DNA from: Acidimicrobiia bacterium
Lineage (GTDB): Bacteria; Actinomycetota; Acidimicrobiia; Spongiisociales; ZC4RG35
Assembly: GCA_965215185.1 (NCBI GenBank)
Contig: OZ244034.1
Span: 1,856,001-1,920,000 of the forward strand
Length of the DNA stretch: 64,000 bases
Reading direction: 5' to 3'
A program made the translations under genes and the position numbers. The notes beneath the pieces were generated by a model that saw only the letters and a program-made list of their open reading frames with translations, did not search any database and had not been told where the DNA came from. Below are positions 9,286 to 18,378 of this stretch, one piece after another; the first letter of the stretch is position 1; the number at the start of each line of letters is the position of its first letter.

Positions 9286-9391
9286 TATTTCGAAGTCACC
9301 ATGTTGTTTCAACAGCCGGCGGCGAGGTGGGGCCCGCCAGCCTTATGCATCGTCGGCTCGACCCTCCGATCGCGACGATATCCTTTGGCGG

Positions 9392-9874
9392 GTGATAACC
9401 GAAGAAACAAGCACCTTCCTCACTCCCGAAGCACACCAACGGCTTCACGCTGAACTGGCGGAGCTCAAAGGACCCAAGAGGATCGAGATTTCCGATCGCA
9501 TCGCCGAGGCCCGCTCGCACGGCGACATCCGAGAAAACGCCGACTACCACGCCGCCAAGGACGAGCAAGGTCTGATGGAGGCGCGGATCGTCCACTTGGA
9601 GAGGGTTCTGCGCGACGCGCAGGTGAGAGAGGTCCACGACACCGGCAAGGTGGAGATCGGCTCGATGGTGACCGTGGTGGACAGCGATGGCGACAAACTG
9701 GAATTCCTACTGGCGCCGGCCGAGAACCGCGGATCGGCCCGGTTGGTGGTCTCGCCCACCAGTCCGTTGGGCAGCGCCGTGCTGTCCAAGTCACCCGGCG
9801 ACCTGGTGGCCTATGTGGCTCCCGGTGGAAAGTTCCAAGTAAGAGTCACCTCGGTTCGCCCCTTCTCGGGCTGA
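9392..9874 (+). CDS. greA: Transcription elongation factor GreA
   Basis: ARSHGDIRENADYHAAK, SPTSPLGSA. Confidence 0.95.
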   Translation: MITEETSTFLTPEAHQRLHAELAELKGPKRIEISDRIAEARSHGDIRENADYHAAKDEQGLMEARIVHLERVLRDAQVREVHDTGKVEIGSMVTVVDSDGDKLEFLLAPAENRGSARLVVSPTSPLGSAVLSKSPGDLVAYVAPGGKFQVRVTSVRPFSG

Positions 9875-9960
9875 CCGGGCGCCTGTCCCGGGCTCCCTTC
9901 TACAGGGCCGGGGCAATGGTGGGAGGTTGACGGGGACAAGCCCGTAACCTCTTTGAGACA

Positions 9961-11364
9961 ATGAAGTTGCGACTGGATCGCCCCCGGGAACTGGCCCAGC
10001 GCCTCCGCAGGGCCGCTCATCTTCGGCCCACCGAAGTCGAAGAGTACCTGGGCGCCAACATCCAGATGTGGAAGGCTCTGGCGGAGGCTTCTCCCCATGA
10101 TGCGGCAGACATCCTGGAGTCGGTCTCCCCCGAAATAGCCGGGGAGTTGCTTGGCCCCCTCGATCGCCAACAGAGCGCCCCAGTACTGGAGGAGCTGCGC
10201 GATACCCTGGCAGCCACTCTGCTGGAGGCACTGCCCATTTCGGAAGCGTCGGCGGTGTTGGAGGAGATGCCATCCACCGAGGCGGTGGACATTCTGGAGA
10301 ACATGCCCGCCGAAACGGTAACCGCCTTGATCGACCTGATGGCGGAACCGGCCAGTTCGGAAGTCAACCGGCTATTTCACTACCCATCCGACACCGCCGG
10401 GGGCCTGATGACCACCGAGGTGGCGGTGCTGCCCATCGGACTGACCGCCGGGGAGGCGATCGAGCGGATCCGCAATATCCGGGAAATGGTGGATGACCTC
10501 ACCTATGTTTATATCGTCGACGACTTCGGAGCCCTGCGGGGGGTGCTCTCTTTTCGGGACCTGGTATTTGCGAGACCATCGGTAGGTCTGGACGAGGCGA
10601 TGGAAGCCAACCCGATAGTGGTGCACGCCACCGCCGACCGGGAAGAAGTCTCCGAGCTGATGCAGCGCTACCGGCTGCTGGGGTTGCCGGTGATAGACGA
10701 TCTGGGTCACCTGCAGGGGATGGTGACCTATGACGAGGTGATTGACGCCGTGCAAGCCGAGGCCTCCGAAGACTTCGCCACCTCGGTGGGAGCGGGCGCC
10801 GAGGAAACCATCCACACCAGCGTGTTCTCCTCGGTAAGAATGCGCCTGCCCTGGCTGACCCTCAACCTGTTCCTGGCCTTGATCGTGGCGTTCGTGATCG
10901 AGCGGCAGACCGGGATCATCTCGGCCGAGCCGGTGCTGGCGGCGCTGATGCCGGTGGTGGCGCTTCTGGGCGGCAACGGCGGAGTCCAGAGCCTGGCGGT
11001 GGTGATACGTTCCATGGCGATAGGGGATCTGCCCCGGGCCCGGATCTGGACGGTGCTGAGACGCCAGCTGGGGATCGGGCTCTTCAACGGCGCCTTCTTG
11101 GCGGTGGCCGCCATGCTCCTGACCCTGGCGCTTCTATCAGGGGATCTATTCCACTCCAACTACGGCGCCACCAAGGTGGCGCCCGTGGTGGGACTGGCGG
11201 CGCTGGCCAACCTGACCATCGCCACCCTGGCAGGCTCCGGCATTCCCATCGCGCTGCGCAGATTGGGTTTCGACCCGGCCCTTGCCTCCAGCATCTTCCT
11301 GACCCTCATCACCGATGTAGTGGGATTCGGAGGATTCCTGATGGTGGCCGCAATCCTGCTGTAA
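9961..11364 (+). CDS. mgtE: Magnesium transporter MgtE
   Basis: TAGGLMTTE, CBS pair, RLPWL, GGNGGVQS, DPALAS..TLITDVVG. Confidence 0.93.
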   Translation: MKLRLDRPRELAQRLRRAAHLRPTEVEEYLGANIQMWKALAEASPHDAADILESVSPEIAGELLGPLDRQQSAPVLEELRDTLAATLLEALPISEASAVLEEMPSTEAVDILENMPAETVTALIDLMAEPASSEVNRLFHYPSDTAGGLMTTEVAVLPIGLTAGEAIERIRNIREMVDDLTYVYIVDDFGALRGVLSFRDLVFARPSVGLDEAMEANPIVVHATADREEVSELMQRYRLLGLPVIDDLGHLQGMVTYDEVIDAVQAEASEDFATSVGAGAEETIHTSVFSSVRMRLPWLTLNLFLALIVAFVIERQTGIISAEPVLAALMPVVALLGGNGGVQSLAVVIRSMAIGDLPRARIWTVLRRQLGIGLFNGAFLAVAAMLLTLALLSGDLFHSNYGATKVAPVVGLAALANLTIATLAGSGIPIALRRLGFDPALASSIFLTLITDVVGFGGFLMVAAILL

Positions 11365-11405
11365 GCCGCCTCGCGAAAAACCGCCCAGAATTACAGCCTC
11401 AAACC

Positions 11406-11435
11406 TTGACGTTTGTCACACACAGATCCCATATT
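11406..11435 (+). promoter_or_regulatory. Putative sigma70-type promoter for the downstream ncRNA
   Basis: TTGACG-N18-CATATT; also reads as TGTC-N12-CATATT and contains CTTGA-N6-TCACA. Confidence 0.45.
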
Positions 11436-11448
11436 GACGACAGCAGCC

Positions 11449-11610
11449 CCGTGTGGTTAGGTGGCTAATCCGCGATCGGCCTGATCTCCATCCAACATGG
11501 ATCGGCGCCCTCACCACTGAAGATGTCACCGACGACAAGTTCGGTGGATCCGGTTGGGAGTGGCGGCTGCCGGGCTACTCGGGTGGCCACCCAGACTTGC
11601 GGGCACACGG
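11449..11610 (+). ncRNA. Candidate rod-shaped structured RNA (6S-like)
   Basis: Nested pairings 11449-55/11604-10, 11460-67/11584-91, 11491-96/11553-58, 11499-503/11547-51 with an unpaired central region; intergenic between convergent genes. Confidence 0.5.
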
Positions 11611-11623
11611 AATATCCGGCGGC

Positions 11624-12199
11624 TCAGGAGCCGATTATGAACCCCTCCAGATTGGCGAAGGGACCCTGGAAACGGAGGATGGAACCTTCCAGCAGGCTCA
11701 CCAGATAGTGACGGTCCAGCAATTCGGATTCGTCCGCAGTCCGCTCTTCCTCCGCCTTGACCAACACCTCCACCGCATCTCGGTTGTCGAACACGTGGAC
11801 CTCGTAGAGGTCATCGCGCTCCTCGTACACCGACAGCACCAGATTCTCAAGTTCGCGATCGGTGTAGCTGCCCGAGGGGATCTCCAGGAACAACCGGTTG
11901 CCGTCGCGGGTCGGCTCCTGGCGGACCACCCGATAGAAGATCTCGCTGGCCTCCACGGCGTCGGTTTCGGTGTCCGAAGCGTCCTCTGCGGTCTCGGCCG
12001 GTTCCTCAACCATGGTGGGGGTATCAGGAACAGTGGTGGTTTCAAGCTCCGGAGCCGTGGTGGTGGAGGCGGCGGTGGTCACCACCCGGGAGGTGGTTGT
12101 GACCAAAGCCGGAACGTCGTCGCTTCCACAAGCCGCTGCCGCAACCGATAACAATGCGGCCACAACACAGAGCTTGAGGAGCCCTTTGTACCTGCTCAT
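11624..12199 (-). CDS. Hypothetical lipoprotein with Thr/Pro-rich linker
   Basis: Signal peptide with AAAC lipobox, TTT-rich linker, acidic C-terminal domain. Confidence 0.75.
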   Translation of the reverse strand: MSRYKGLLKLCVVAALLSVAAAACGSDDVPALVTTTSRVVTTAASTTTAPELETTTVPDTPTMVEEPAETAEDASDTETDAVEASEIFYRVVRQEPTRDGNRLFLEIPSGSYTDRELENLVLSVYEERDDLYEVHVFDNRDAVEVLVKAEEERTADESELLDRHYLVSLLEGSILRFQGPFANLEGFIIGS

Positions 12200-12248
12200 G
12201 TCAATAGTCTCCGATTCGATGTTGCCCACTCGGGTGGAAGGGGCTCCT

Positions 12249-13079
12249 TCAGGATCCATCAATTGCCTGCTGGATTCGTCTCTTGAATCCGGCGATCAGT
12301 CGGGCGGTCACCGGGCCCGCTGTATACCGGTGGTCATCCAACTCCACGATCGGGGTGATTTCCCGGGTGGTTCCGATCACCATCGCCTCATCGGCTCCCA
12401 ACATGCGATCCAGACCGAAACGACCCTCCCGGCAAGGTATGCCGAGTTCGGATACCATGTCCAGCACCACCCGGCGGGTGATGGAGTCGAGGATCCACAA
12501 ATCCAAGGATGGGGTCTCGAACACCCCGTCACACACCCAGGCCACCGAGAACACCGGTCCCTCCAAGACAGTCCCGTCCTCGGAAACGAGCAACGCCTCG
12601 TCGTATCCCTCCTTCACCGCCCGGCGGGTGGAAGCCATGTTCGGCGCGTAGGAAAGGGTCTTGCCGCCGGCCAGATCCCATTTGTGCCCGGACGAATGCC
12701 AGGGGGCGGTCATCACCTTGAGACGAATCCGGTCCGCCCGGGAGGAAACGTCCTGCCACATCACCACGCACACTTTTTCACCCGGCTGCTGGCCCCGGCC
12801 CAGCACCACCCGGATCAATCCCTCCTCGCCACAAGCCAACACCTGCTCCACCCAGGAATCGAGATCGGACCGGTCGGGCGTTTCCAGATCCAGCATCTCG
12901 GCGGATCGTTCCAGCCGGTCGAGATGAGGGCCGGCCTCAAAGGCGTGGCCCCCGTAGACCCGCATCACCTCGAAGCACCCGTCGCCTCTCAGGATGGTGG
13001 GGCTGTTGATCGAGAAGATCATCTCTCCCGAGGGCTGCCCGTTGACCAGGATCGTGGGTGCGCTCACAGCCGGTTCCAT
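12249..13079 (-). CDS. Aminotransferase class IV (PabC/IlvE/Dat-like)
   Basis: RGDGCFE, HLDRLERSA, KTLSY, GYDEALL, ILDSITR. Confidence 0.9.
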   Translation of the reverse strand: MEPAVSAPTILVNGQPSGEMIFSINSPTILRGDGCFEVMRVYGGHAFEAGPHLDRLERSAEMLDLETPDRSDLDSWVEQVLACGEEGLIRVVLGRGQQPGEKVCVVMWQDVSSRADRIRLKVMTAPWHSSGHKWDLAGGKTLSYAPNMASTRRAVKEGYDEALLVSEDGTVLEGPVFSVAWVCDGVFETPSLDLWILDSITRRVVLDMVSELGIPCREGRFGLDRMLGADEAMVIGTTREITPIVELDDHRYTAGPVTARLIAGFKRRIQQAIDGS

Positions 13080-14728
13080 CCACTGGTGAGGGGGCGGCGA
13101 CGATCCCGTCCCAGATTCTTGGTGGTGACTTTGGGACCGGGCGCGGATTGGTGTCTCTTGTATTCGGCTCGCTCCACCAATCCCACCACCCTTCGCACCA
13201 TCACCGGATCGTAACCCGACGCCGTGATCTCGTCCACCGAAAGCTCCGAATCTATGTACATGCCCAACACGGAATCCAAATCATCATAGGGAGGCAAGGA
13301 GTCGCTATCAAGCTGGTTGGGACGTAATTCCGCAGAGGGAGGCTTGGTGATAATCCCTTGCGGAATCACCGGATGGCGGCGGTTCCTCCACTGTGCCAGA
13401 CGGTACACCCAGGTCTTGTAAACGTCTTTGAGAGGAGCAAACCCTCCCACCATATCGCCATACAGGGTGGAGTAACCGACCGCCAGTTCCGACTTGTTGC
13501 CCGTGGCCAGCACCAAACCGCCGTGCTGGTTGGAGACGGCCATCAAAAAGGCACCCCGGGCGCGGGCTTGCAGGTTTTCTCCGACGATTCCCCAACCGGC
13601 GGCGCCCATCACCGGCGACAGGCTGTCCATGAAAGCACTGTGCACACGTTCGATGGGGACCATGTCGAAACGGATACCCAGATTGGAAGCCAACCGCTTG
13701 GCGTCGGTCTTGGAGTGCTCGGAGCTGTACACCGACGGCATGGAAATCCCCCAAACCCGATCCGCTCCCAAGGCGTCGGCGGCCAGACAGGCGGTTACCG
13801 CCGAATCGATCCCTCCCGAGAGGCCCACCACCGCCGAGTTGAACCCGTTCTTGCGCACGTAGTCGCCGGTGGCCAGAGTCAACGCCTCCCACACCTCCTC
13901 TTCGGATCCCATCCAGTCTCTTTCCGGGGGCGGTGGCGAGGTGGACGCCCCGGGGAGGGGAATGTCCACAATGAAACGGTCCTCGCCGAACTGGGGCGAT
14001 CGATGCAGGATCGAGCCGTCGGAGGAGGCGACCAGCGAAGCGCCGTCGAACACCAACTCGTCCTGGCCTCCCACCAGGTTCAGATAAACCAGAGCGGTTC
14101 CCGCACTCCGGGCGCGCTGGGACACCAAGGCTTCACGCTCCGAAGCCTTCCCCCGGTGATAGGGAGAGGCGTTGAGATTTACGATCACCCCGGCTCCCGC
14201 CGCGGCTAACTGTTGCCAGGGGCCGTCTTCGGTCCACAGGTCCTCACATATGGAGACTCCCACCTCGACCTGCCCGACCGGCCAGGTGCGAAGAGGGTCA
14301 CGTCCGGGATAGAACCACCGACGCTCGTCGAAAACACCGTAGTTGGGCAGAACCCGCTTGCGATAGACACCCTGAATGCGGCCTGCTCGCAAGATCGCCG
14401 CGGCGTTGGCCACCCGCCCGGAGAAGGCGTCGCCTGCACCGGGCAGGTCTTTTTGGGGAGAGGAGTCCAGGAAGCCCACCACCGTCACCGTTCGACGGGA
14501 CCGCTCGGCCAGCCTCTCCACTACGGCTCGATTGGCCTCCAGGAAGTCGCCGCGCAACGCCAAGTCCTCGGGCGGGTATCCGCAGACCGCCAACTCGGGA
14601 AACACCAGAAGATCGACATTTTGATCCTCCGCCCAGTCCATCGCGTCCAGGATTCGGCGGCAGTTGCCCTCCAAGTCCCCCACCACCATGTTGAGTTGGG
14701 CGCCGGCGATCCGAATCGTCATCCCCAT
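13064..14728 (-). CDS. nadE: Glutamine-dependent NAD+ synthetase
   Basis: Nitrilase domain FPEL..GYPPED, ICEDLW; GLSGGIDS, ENLQAR, TGNKSE, KPPSAEL. Confidence 0.95.
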   Translation of the reverse strand: MGMTIRIAGAQLNMVVGDLEGNCRRILDAMDWAEDQNVDLLVFPELAVCGYPPEDLALRGDFLEANRAVVERLAERSRRTVTVVGFLDSSPQKDLPGAGDAFSGRVANAAAILRAGRIQGVYRKRVLPNYGVFDERRWFYPGRDPLRTWPVGQVEVGVSICEDLWTEDGPWQQLAAAGAGVIVNLNASPYHRGKASEREALVSQRARSAGTALVYLNLVGGQDELVFDGASLVASSDGSILHRSPQFGEDRFIVDIPLPGASTSPPPPERDWMGSEEEVWEALTLATGDYVRKNGFNSAVVGLSGGIDSAVTACLAADALGADRVWGISMPSVYSSEHSKTDAKRLASNLGIRFDMVPIERVHSAFMDSLSPVMGAAGWGIVGENLQARARGAFLMAVSNQHGGLVLATGNKSELAVGYSTLYGDMVGGFAPLKDVYKTWVYRLAQWRNRRHPVIPQGIITKPPSAELRPNQLDSDSLPPYDDLDSVLGMYIDSELSVDEITASGYDPVMVRRVVGLVERAEYKRHQSAPGPKVTTKNLGRDRRRPLTSGWNRL

Positions 14729-14747
14729 AAGAATACGGAATAATCAC

Positions 14748-14859
14748 CGCGTTCGGACAGAAGATCTTCTGCTGTGAAACCCGACCCTCCCAGGGAGGGC
14801 AACGCTGGCGGAAACAGTATCCCTTTAGCCCCGTTGGGCACTCAGGTTTATAAGTCCCT
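14748..14859 (+). mobile_element. Orphan right end (omegaRNA-like region plus TIR) of the tnpB element family
   Basis: TTCTGCTGTGAAAC..GAAACAGTATC..GGGCACTCAGGTTTATAAGTCCCT; TIR 14836-14858 is 2 mismatches from the copy 2 right TIR. Confidence 0.82.
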
Positions 14860-14861
14860 AT

Positions 14862-14883
14862 CTTTGCGGTTGATGACGCTTGA
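14862..14883 (+). promoter_or_regulatory. Possible 3' half of a fluoride riboswitch truncated by the element end
   Basis: GCGGTTGATGACGCTT resembles the GYTGATGRC 3' segment of crcB RNA and lies just upstream of two crcB genes; no 5' half found. Confidence 0.3.
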
Positions 14884-14916
14884 TGCCACAGGCGGCCGGG
14901 ACCGCTCCGACCGCCG

Positions 14917-15312
14917 GTGAAGGCCAGACAATCTCCGGTTAGCAGCGGCTTTACGGCGCTGGCGGTTTTCTGTGGCGGGTCGTTGGGAGCTGTGGGTCGT
15001 TTCGGCCTCGGCCAGTGGCTGGAGCCGGTGGGCGAGATCGTGATCGCCACTGTGGTGGCCAACCTGGTGGGATCGGCGATACTCGGAATCCTGGCCGGGT
15101 TGGCCGAGCGACGGGCGCACCGGGGTGTGTTGTGGGCGCTGTTGGGGGTAGGCTTCGCCGGCGCATTGACCACCTTCTCCACCTTTGCGTTGGAAGCCTT
15201 GGCCCTGCTGGAAGGACCGGGCCTGCTCATAGCGGCGCTCTACGCCGGCGGCAGTGTGGTGGCCGGTTTATGGATGGCGGCGACTGCCCGGCAGCGGAGT
15301 TTGGCGTGGTGA
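14917..15312 (+). CDS. crcB: Fluoride channel Fluc/CrcB
   Basis: GGSLGAVGR, ANLVGS, GFAGALTTFSTF. Confidence 0.9.
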   Translation: MKARQSPVSSGFTALAVFCGGSLGAVGRFGLGQWLEPVGEIVIATVVANLVGSAILGILAGLAERRAHRGVLWALLGVGFAGALTTFSTFALEALALLEGPGLLIAALYAGGSVVAGLWMAATARQRSLAW

Positions 15313-15668
15313 TCCTGGGCGTGGCGCTGGCCGGGGGCGTGGGGGCCCTCATCCGATGGCTGGTGGGGATTTGGTTTTCCGAGCGCGGCCCCCGTGGCGT
15401 CGGCACTGGGGTGGTCAATCTGGTGGGCGCCTTCGGGTTGGGACTGGTGATCGCCCTGGTGGACAGCGGACGGTTCCACCCGGATGCTGGACTGGTGCTG
15501 GGGGTAGGGCTGCTGGGCGGTATGACCACCTTCTCCACTTGGATGGTCGAGACCGTCCAGGAACCAGCCGGGCGACCCTCCAGCGCGTGGCTGCGGCTGG
15601 CGCCGCTGACCGTGGCCGGAATGGCTTTAGTTTGGATCGGGATGCAGTTCGGCGGTGTCGGCAACTGA
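15309..15668 (+). CDS. crcB: Fluoride channel Fluc/CrcB, second subunit
   Basis: GGVGALIR, VNLVGAF, GLLGGMTTFSTW; GTGA overlap with upstream crcB. Confidence 0.88.
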   Translation: MILGVALAGGVGALIRWLVGIWFSERGPRGVGTGVVNLVGAFGLGLVIALVDSGRFHPDAGLVLGVGLLGGMTTFSTWMVETVQEPAGRPSSAWLRLAPLTVAGMALVWIGMQFGGVGN

Positions 15669-15753
15669 TTCGCCCAAGACCCGACCAGAGATCAAAGGGT
15701 CCTCTTTTCTGTTCACTTCGTCTCTCCGCGTCTTCCCGATAGCCTTCAACCAG

Positions 15754-16935
15754 ATGGTGGCCTGGAACTTTGTCGAAAAAGCGGTGAGGGAAGTCCTTGA
15801 TGAGGTGACCACGTTGCGCAGGACCCTTCATCGTTATCCCGAGTTGTCCCATTCGGAGTATCGAACCACCGCTCTGTTGGCCGATGCGCTCGCCGACCAC
15901 GGTATCGACGTTCGGGTTCGTCAGCCTTCTCGGACCGGTTTGGTCGCTGAGATCGGATCGGGTGGTCCTGTGGCAGCTTGGCGCTGCGATCTCGACGGAC
16001 TGCCCATCCAGGAGCCGACCGGCAACCTGCACTCCTCCAAGAATCCGGGGGTAATGCACGCCTGCGGGCATGACGCTCATGCCGCCATCGGCTTTGGGGT
16101 GGCAGCCGCTCTCAACAGGATTCCGGATCTGGGGGGCAGAGTCCGGATCGTTTTTCAGCACTCTGAGGAGTCCGGTCCCAGCGGAGCGGCGGAGATGTTG
16201 GAGGAGGGGGTGATGGAAGATGTGGTGGCCATAGCCGCGCTGCATGTCGATACGTCTCTGCAAGTGGGGAAAGTGGGGTTGAAGAAGGGTCCTATCACCA
16301 GTTCTGCCGATCTGATTCGGATAGTGTTGACCGGACCGGGGGGTCACACCGCCCGGCCTCACCTGACCACCGATCTTCTGTACGCGGCGGGAAGGGTGCT
16401 CACCGACCTTCCCGGTCTGCTGGGTCGCCTGGTCGACCCGCGATTGCCTCTTTCTTTGACCTTCGGTGCTATTCAGGGAGGAACTGCGGAGAACGTGATC
16501 CCCACTGAGGTGGTGATCCGAGGCACCTGCCGGACCTCCGACCCTGATCTGCGCCGCCGTCTTCCGCAACTGGTGCCCAGTCTTATCGAGCAGATAACGA
16601 TGCCCACCGGCGCAATCGCCCGCACCGATTGGCGGCCTATGCTGGGGCCGGTCTCCAACCACCCCTCCACAGTCGATGTCCTGCGACGATCTCTTTCGAA
16701 GATGCTGGACGCCGAAGCGGTGGCGGACACGTTCACCTCGCTTGGAGCCGAGGACTTCTCCCACTACCTCGACCATGCGCCGGGGGCGTTGATTCGCTTG
16801 GGCGCCCGGGGAGAGGGGCCGTCGAGGGATCTTCACTCGGCATGGTTCGAGATAGACGAAGAGTGCCTGCCGGTGGGAGTCAAGGTGGGCGTGGCCTCGA
16901 TGCTGGGCCTGTTGTCGCAACCGATCGACGACTAG
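15754..16935 (+). CDS. M20 family amidohydrolase
   Basis: LHRYPELS, RCDLDGLP, MHACGHDAH, FQHSEE, GAEDFS. Confidence 0.92.
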   Translation: MVAWNFVEKAVREVLDEVTTLRRTLHRYPELSHSEYRTTALLADALADHGIDVRVRQPSRTGLVAEIGSGGPVAAWRCDLDGLPIQEPTGNLHSSKNPGVMHACGHDAHAAIGFGVAAALNRIPDLGGRVRIVFQHSEESGPSGAAEMLEEGVMEDVVAIAALHVDTSLQVGKVGLKKGPITSSADLIRIVLTGPGGHTARPHLTTDLLYAAGRVLTDLPGLLGRLVDPRLPLSLTFGAIQGGTAENVIPTEVVIRGTCRTSDPDLRRRLPQLVPSLIEQITMPTGAIARTDWRPMLGPVSNHPSTVDVLRRSLSKMLDAEAVADTFTSLGAEDFSHYLDHAPGALIRLGARGEGPSRDLHSAWFEIDEECLPVGVKVGVASMLGLLSQPIDD

Positions 16936-17087
16936 GCCGGGCTCCTGTTTCTGGGATCTACCGGCGGGTGGTTGACCGCAGCCACCCGGGAATGTCGTTG
17001 CAGATCGATCGATGGGCTAGATAAGTCAACGCTATGTAGCTGTTGCTAGTGTTAGTTGTATCACACCCCGGTAGTACAGTGGTAGGT

Positions 17088-17336
17088 GTGAAAGAAACCA
17101 CGGTGAATGCGTTTTCCCGAAACCGGGCTCGGTTTGTGCCACCTTCGATACCGGTGGGGGATGCCAGTTTGGAGGGATTGCAGGAGCGGATGCGTTCCGC
17201 CAGTCAGGTGGAGGCGGAGCCCGCGGCGGCCGCGGCGGACACACCGGCCTCGCCGCCCACGCCGCAAACCGACCACCAAACTCCTACTGTGAAACATCCC
17301 TCGCGCTGGCGCATCTCAGGAACAGCGTCAGACTGA
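17088..17336 (+). CDS. Small hypothetical protein (82 aa), probably leaderless
   Basis: GTG 7 nt after TACAGT; TATC-N12-TACAGT promoter layout; Ala/Pro-rich. Confidence 0.45.
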   Translation: MKETTVNAFSRNRARFVPPSIPVGDASLEGLQERMRSASQVEAEPAAAAADTPASPPTPQTDHQTPTVKHPSRWRISGTASD

Positions 17337-17349
17337 GACCGATAGGGGG

Positions 17350-18378
17350 TCAGTCATCCAGGAGACGGAACCCCTGAGCGATCAGATCCCGGCGCAGACT
17401 GTGCGCCTCATCCGGTCGAACCGAGAGGGTGAGCACTCCCCCACCTCCGTGAGTAGCGTGTCGCAGTTGCAGGTCCCGCAAATCCACCCCGCTGGCGGCC
17501 AATGCCTGCCCCACCCGGGCGATCTCTCCCGGTTGGTCCTCCAGGAGCACCCCGAGCCCTTTTTCTGGCGGGGCGAGTGCGGCGCGGGTGCGGCGCGCCG
17601 AATCCAATAGGCCGGAGACCCATGGCAACTCCACCTCCTCCAGATGGTTAGCCCAGTCTTCCAACCCGGCCGATAGGTCTCGTATCACCGAGACCAGCGG
17701 ACGCCGGTTGGCCATCAGCAAATCCCCCCACCAGTCCGAACTGGACAAAGCGACCCTGGTGAGGTCACGGAATCCTCCCGCCACCATCGCATCGGCGGAT
17801 CGGCCGGCAGTGGCCAGTTGGTCGATCAGGGTGGCGGCCAGAACCATGGGAAGGTGGCTGACCAAGGCCACTATGTGGTCGTGGCGCGCAGCTGTCATCT
17901 CCACCGGCTGGGCTCCCAGCGTTCGAACCACCTCCGCCACCGCCTGACGATCTGTCGAAGCGGTGTTATCGGTGGTCAACACCCAGGTGGCGCCGCGGAA
18001 CAGGTCCCCACTGGCACCGAGAGGTCCCGCAACTTCTCGGCCCGCCATGGGATGGCCTCCCACGAACCGGGCAAGACCCGAAGCAGCCGCCACCACCGGC
18101 TGTTTGATGCCCGCCACATCGGTGACCAAGGCCTCGGTCGCCAAGTCCGAAAGCAGATTGGTGGTGACCTTGGGCGGAGCCGCCAAAATCACCAGGTCCA
18201 CACCATCCACCGCGTCGGAGAGGCTAGGCGCCTGTGTGGAGATGGCCCCGATTCTGGCCGCTTGCGCCAGATGGTCGGAGTTGGTGTCCCACCCGCGCAC
18301 CTCCCACCCCTTTACAGAGAGTCCGATACCGATCGAAGCGCCGATCAGGCCAGTGCCGACAACCGCGACCGACCGCAT
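17350..18378 (-). CDS. tyrA: Prephenate/arogenate dehydrogenase with ACT domain
   Basis: VGTGLIGAS, GGHPMAGRE, HDHIVALVSHLP, GFRDLTR, C-terminal DQPGEIA. Confidence 0.92.
   Translation of the reverse strand: MRSVAVVGTGLIGASIGIGLSVKGWEVRGWDTNSDHLAQAARIGAISTQAPSLSDAVDGVDLVILAAPPKVTTNLLSDLATEALVTDVAGIKQPVVAAASGLARFVGGHPMAGREVAGPLGASGDLFRGATWVLTTDNTASTDRQAVAEVVRTLGAQPVEMTAARHDHIVALVSHLPMVLAATLIDQLATAGRSADAMVAGGFRDLTRVALSSSDWWGDLLMANRRPLVSVIRDLSAGLEDWANHLEEVELPWVSGLLDSARRTRAALAPPEKGLGVLLEDQPGEIARVGQALAASGVDLRDLQLRHATHGGGGVLTLSVRPDEAHSLRRDLIAQGFRLLDD

Noticed and set aside
11970-16920. Long alternative-frame ORFs such as 11970..13214 and 15415..16920
   Set aside because: Overlap well-supported genes on the opposite strand; expected in GC-rich DNA; no motifs
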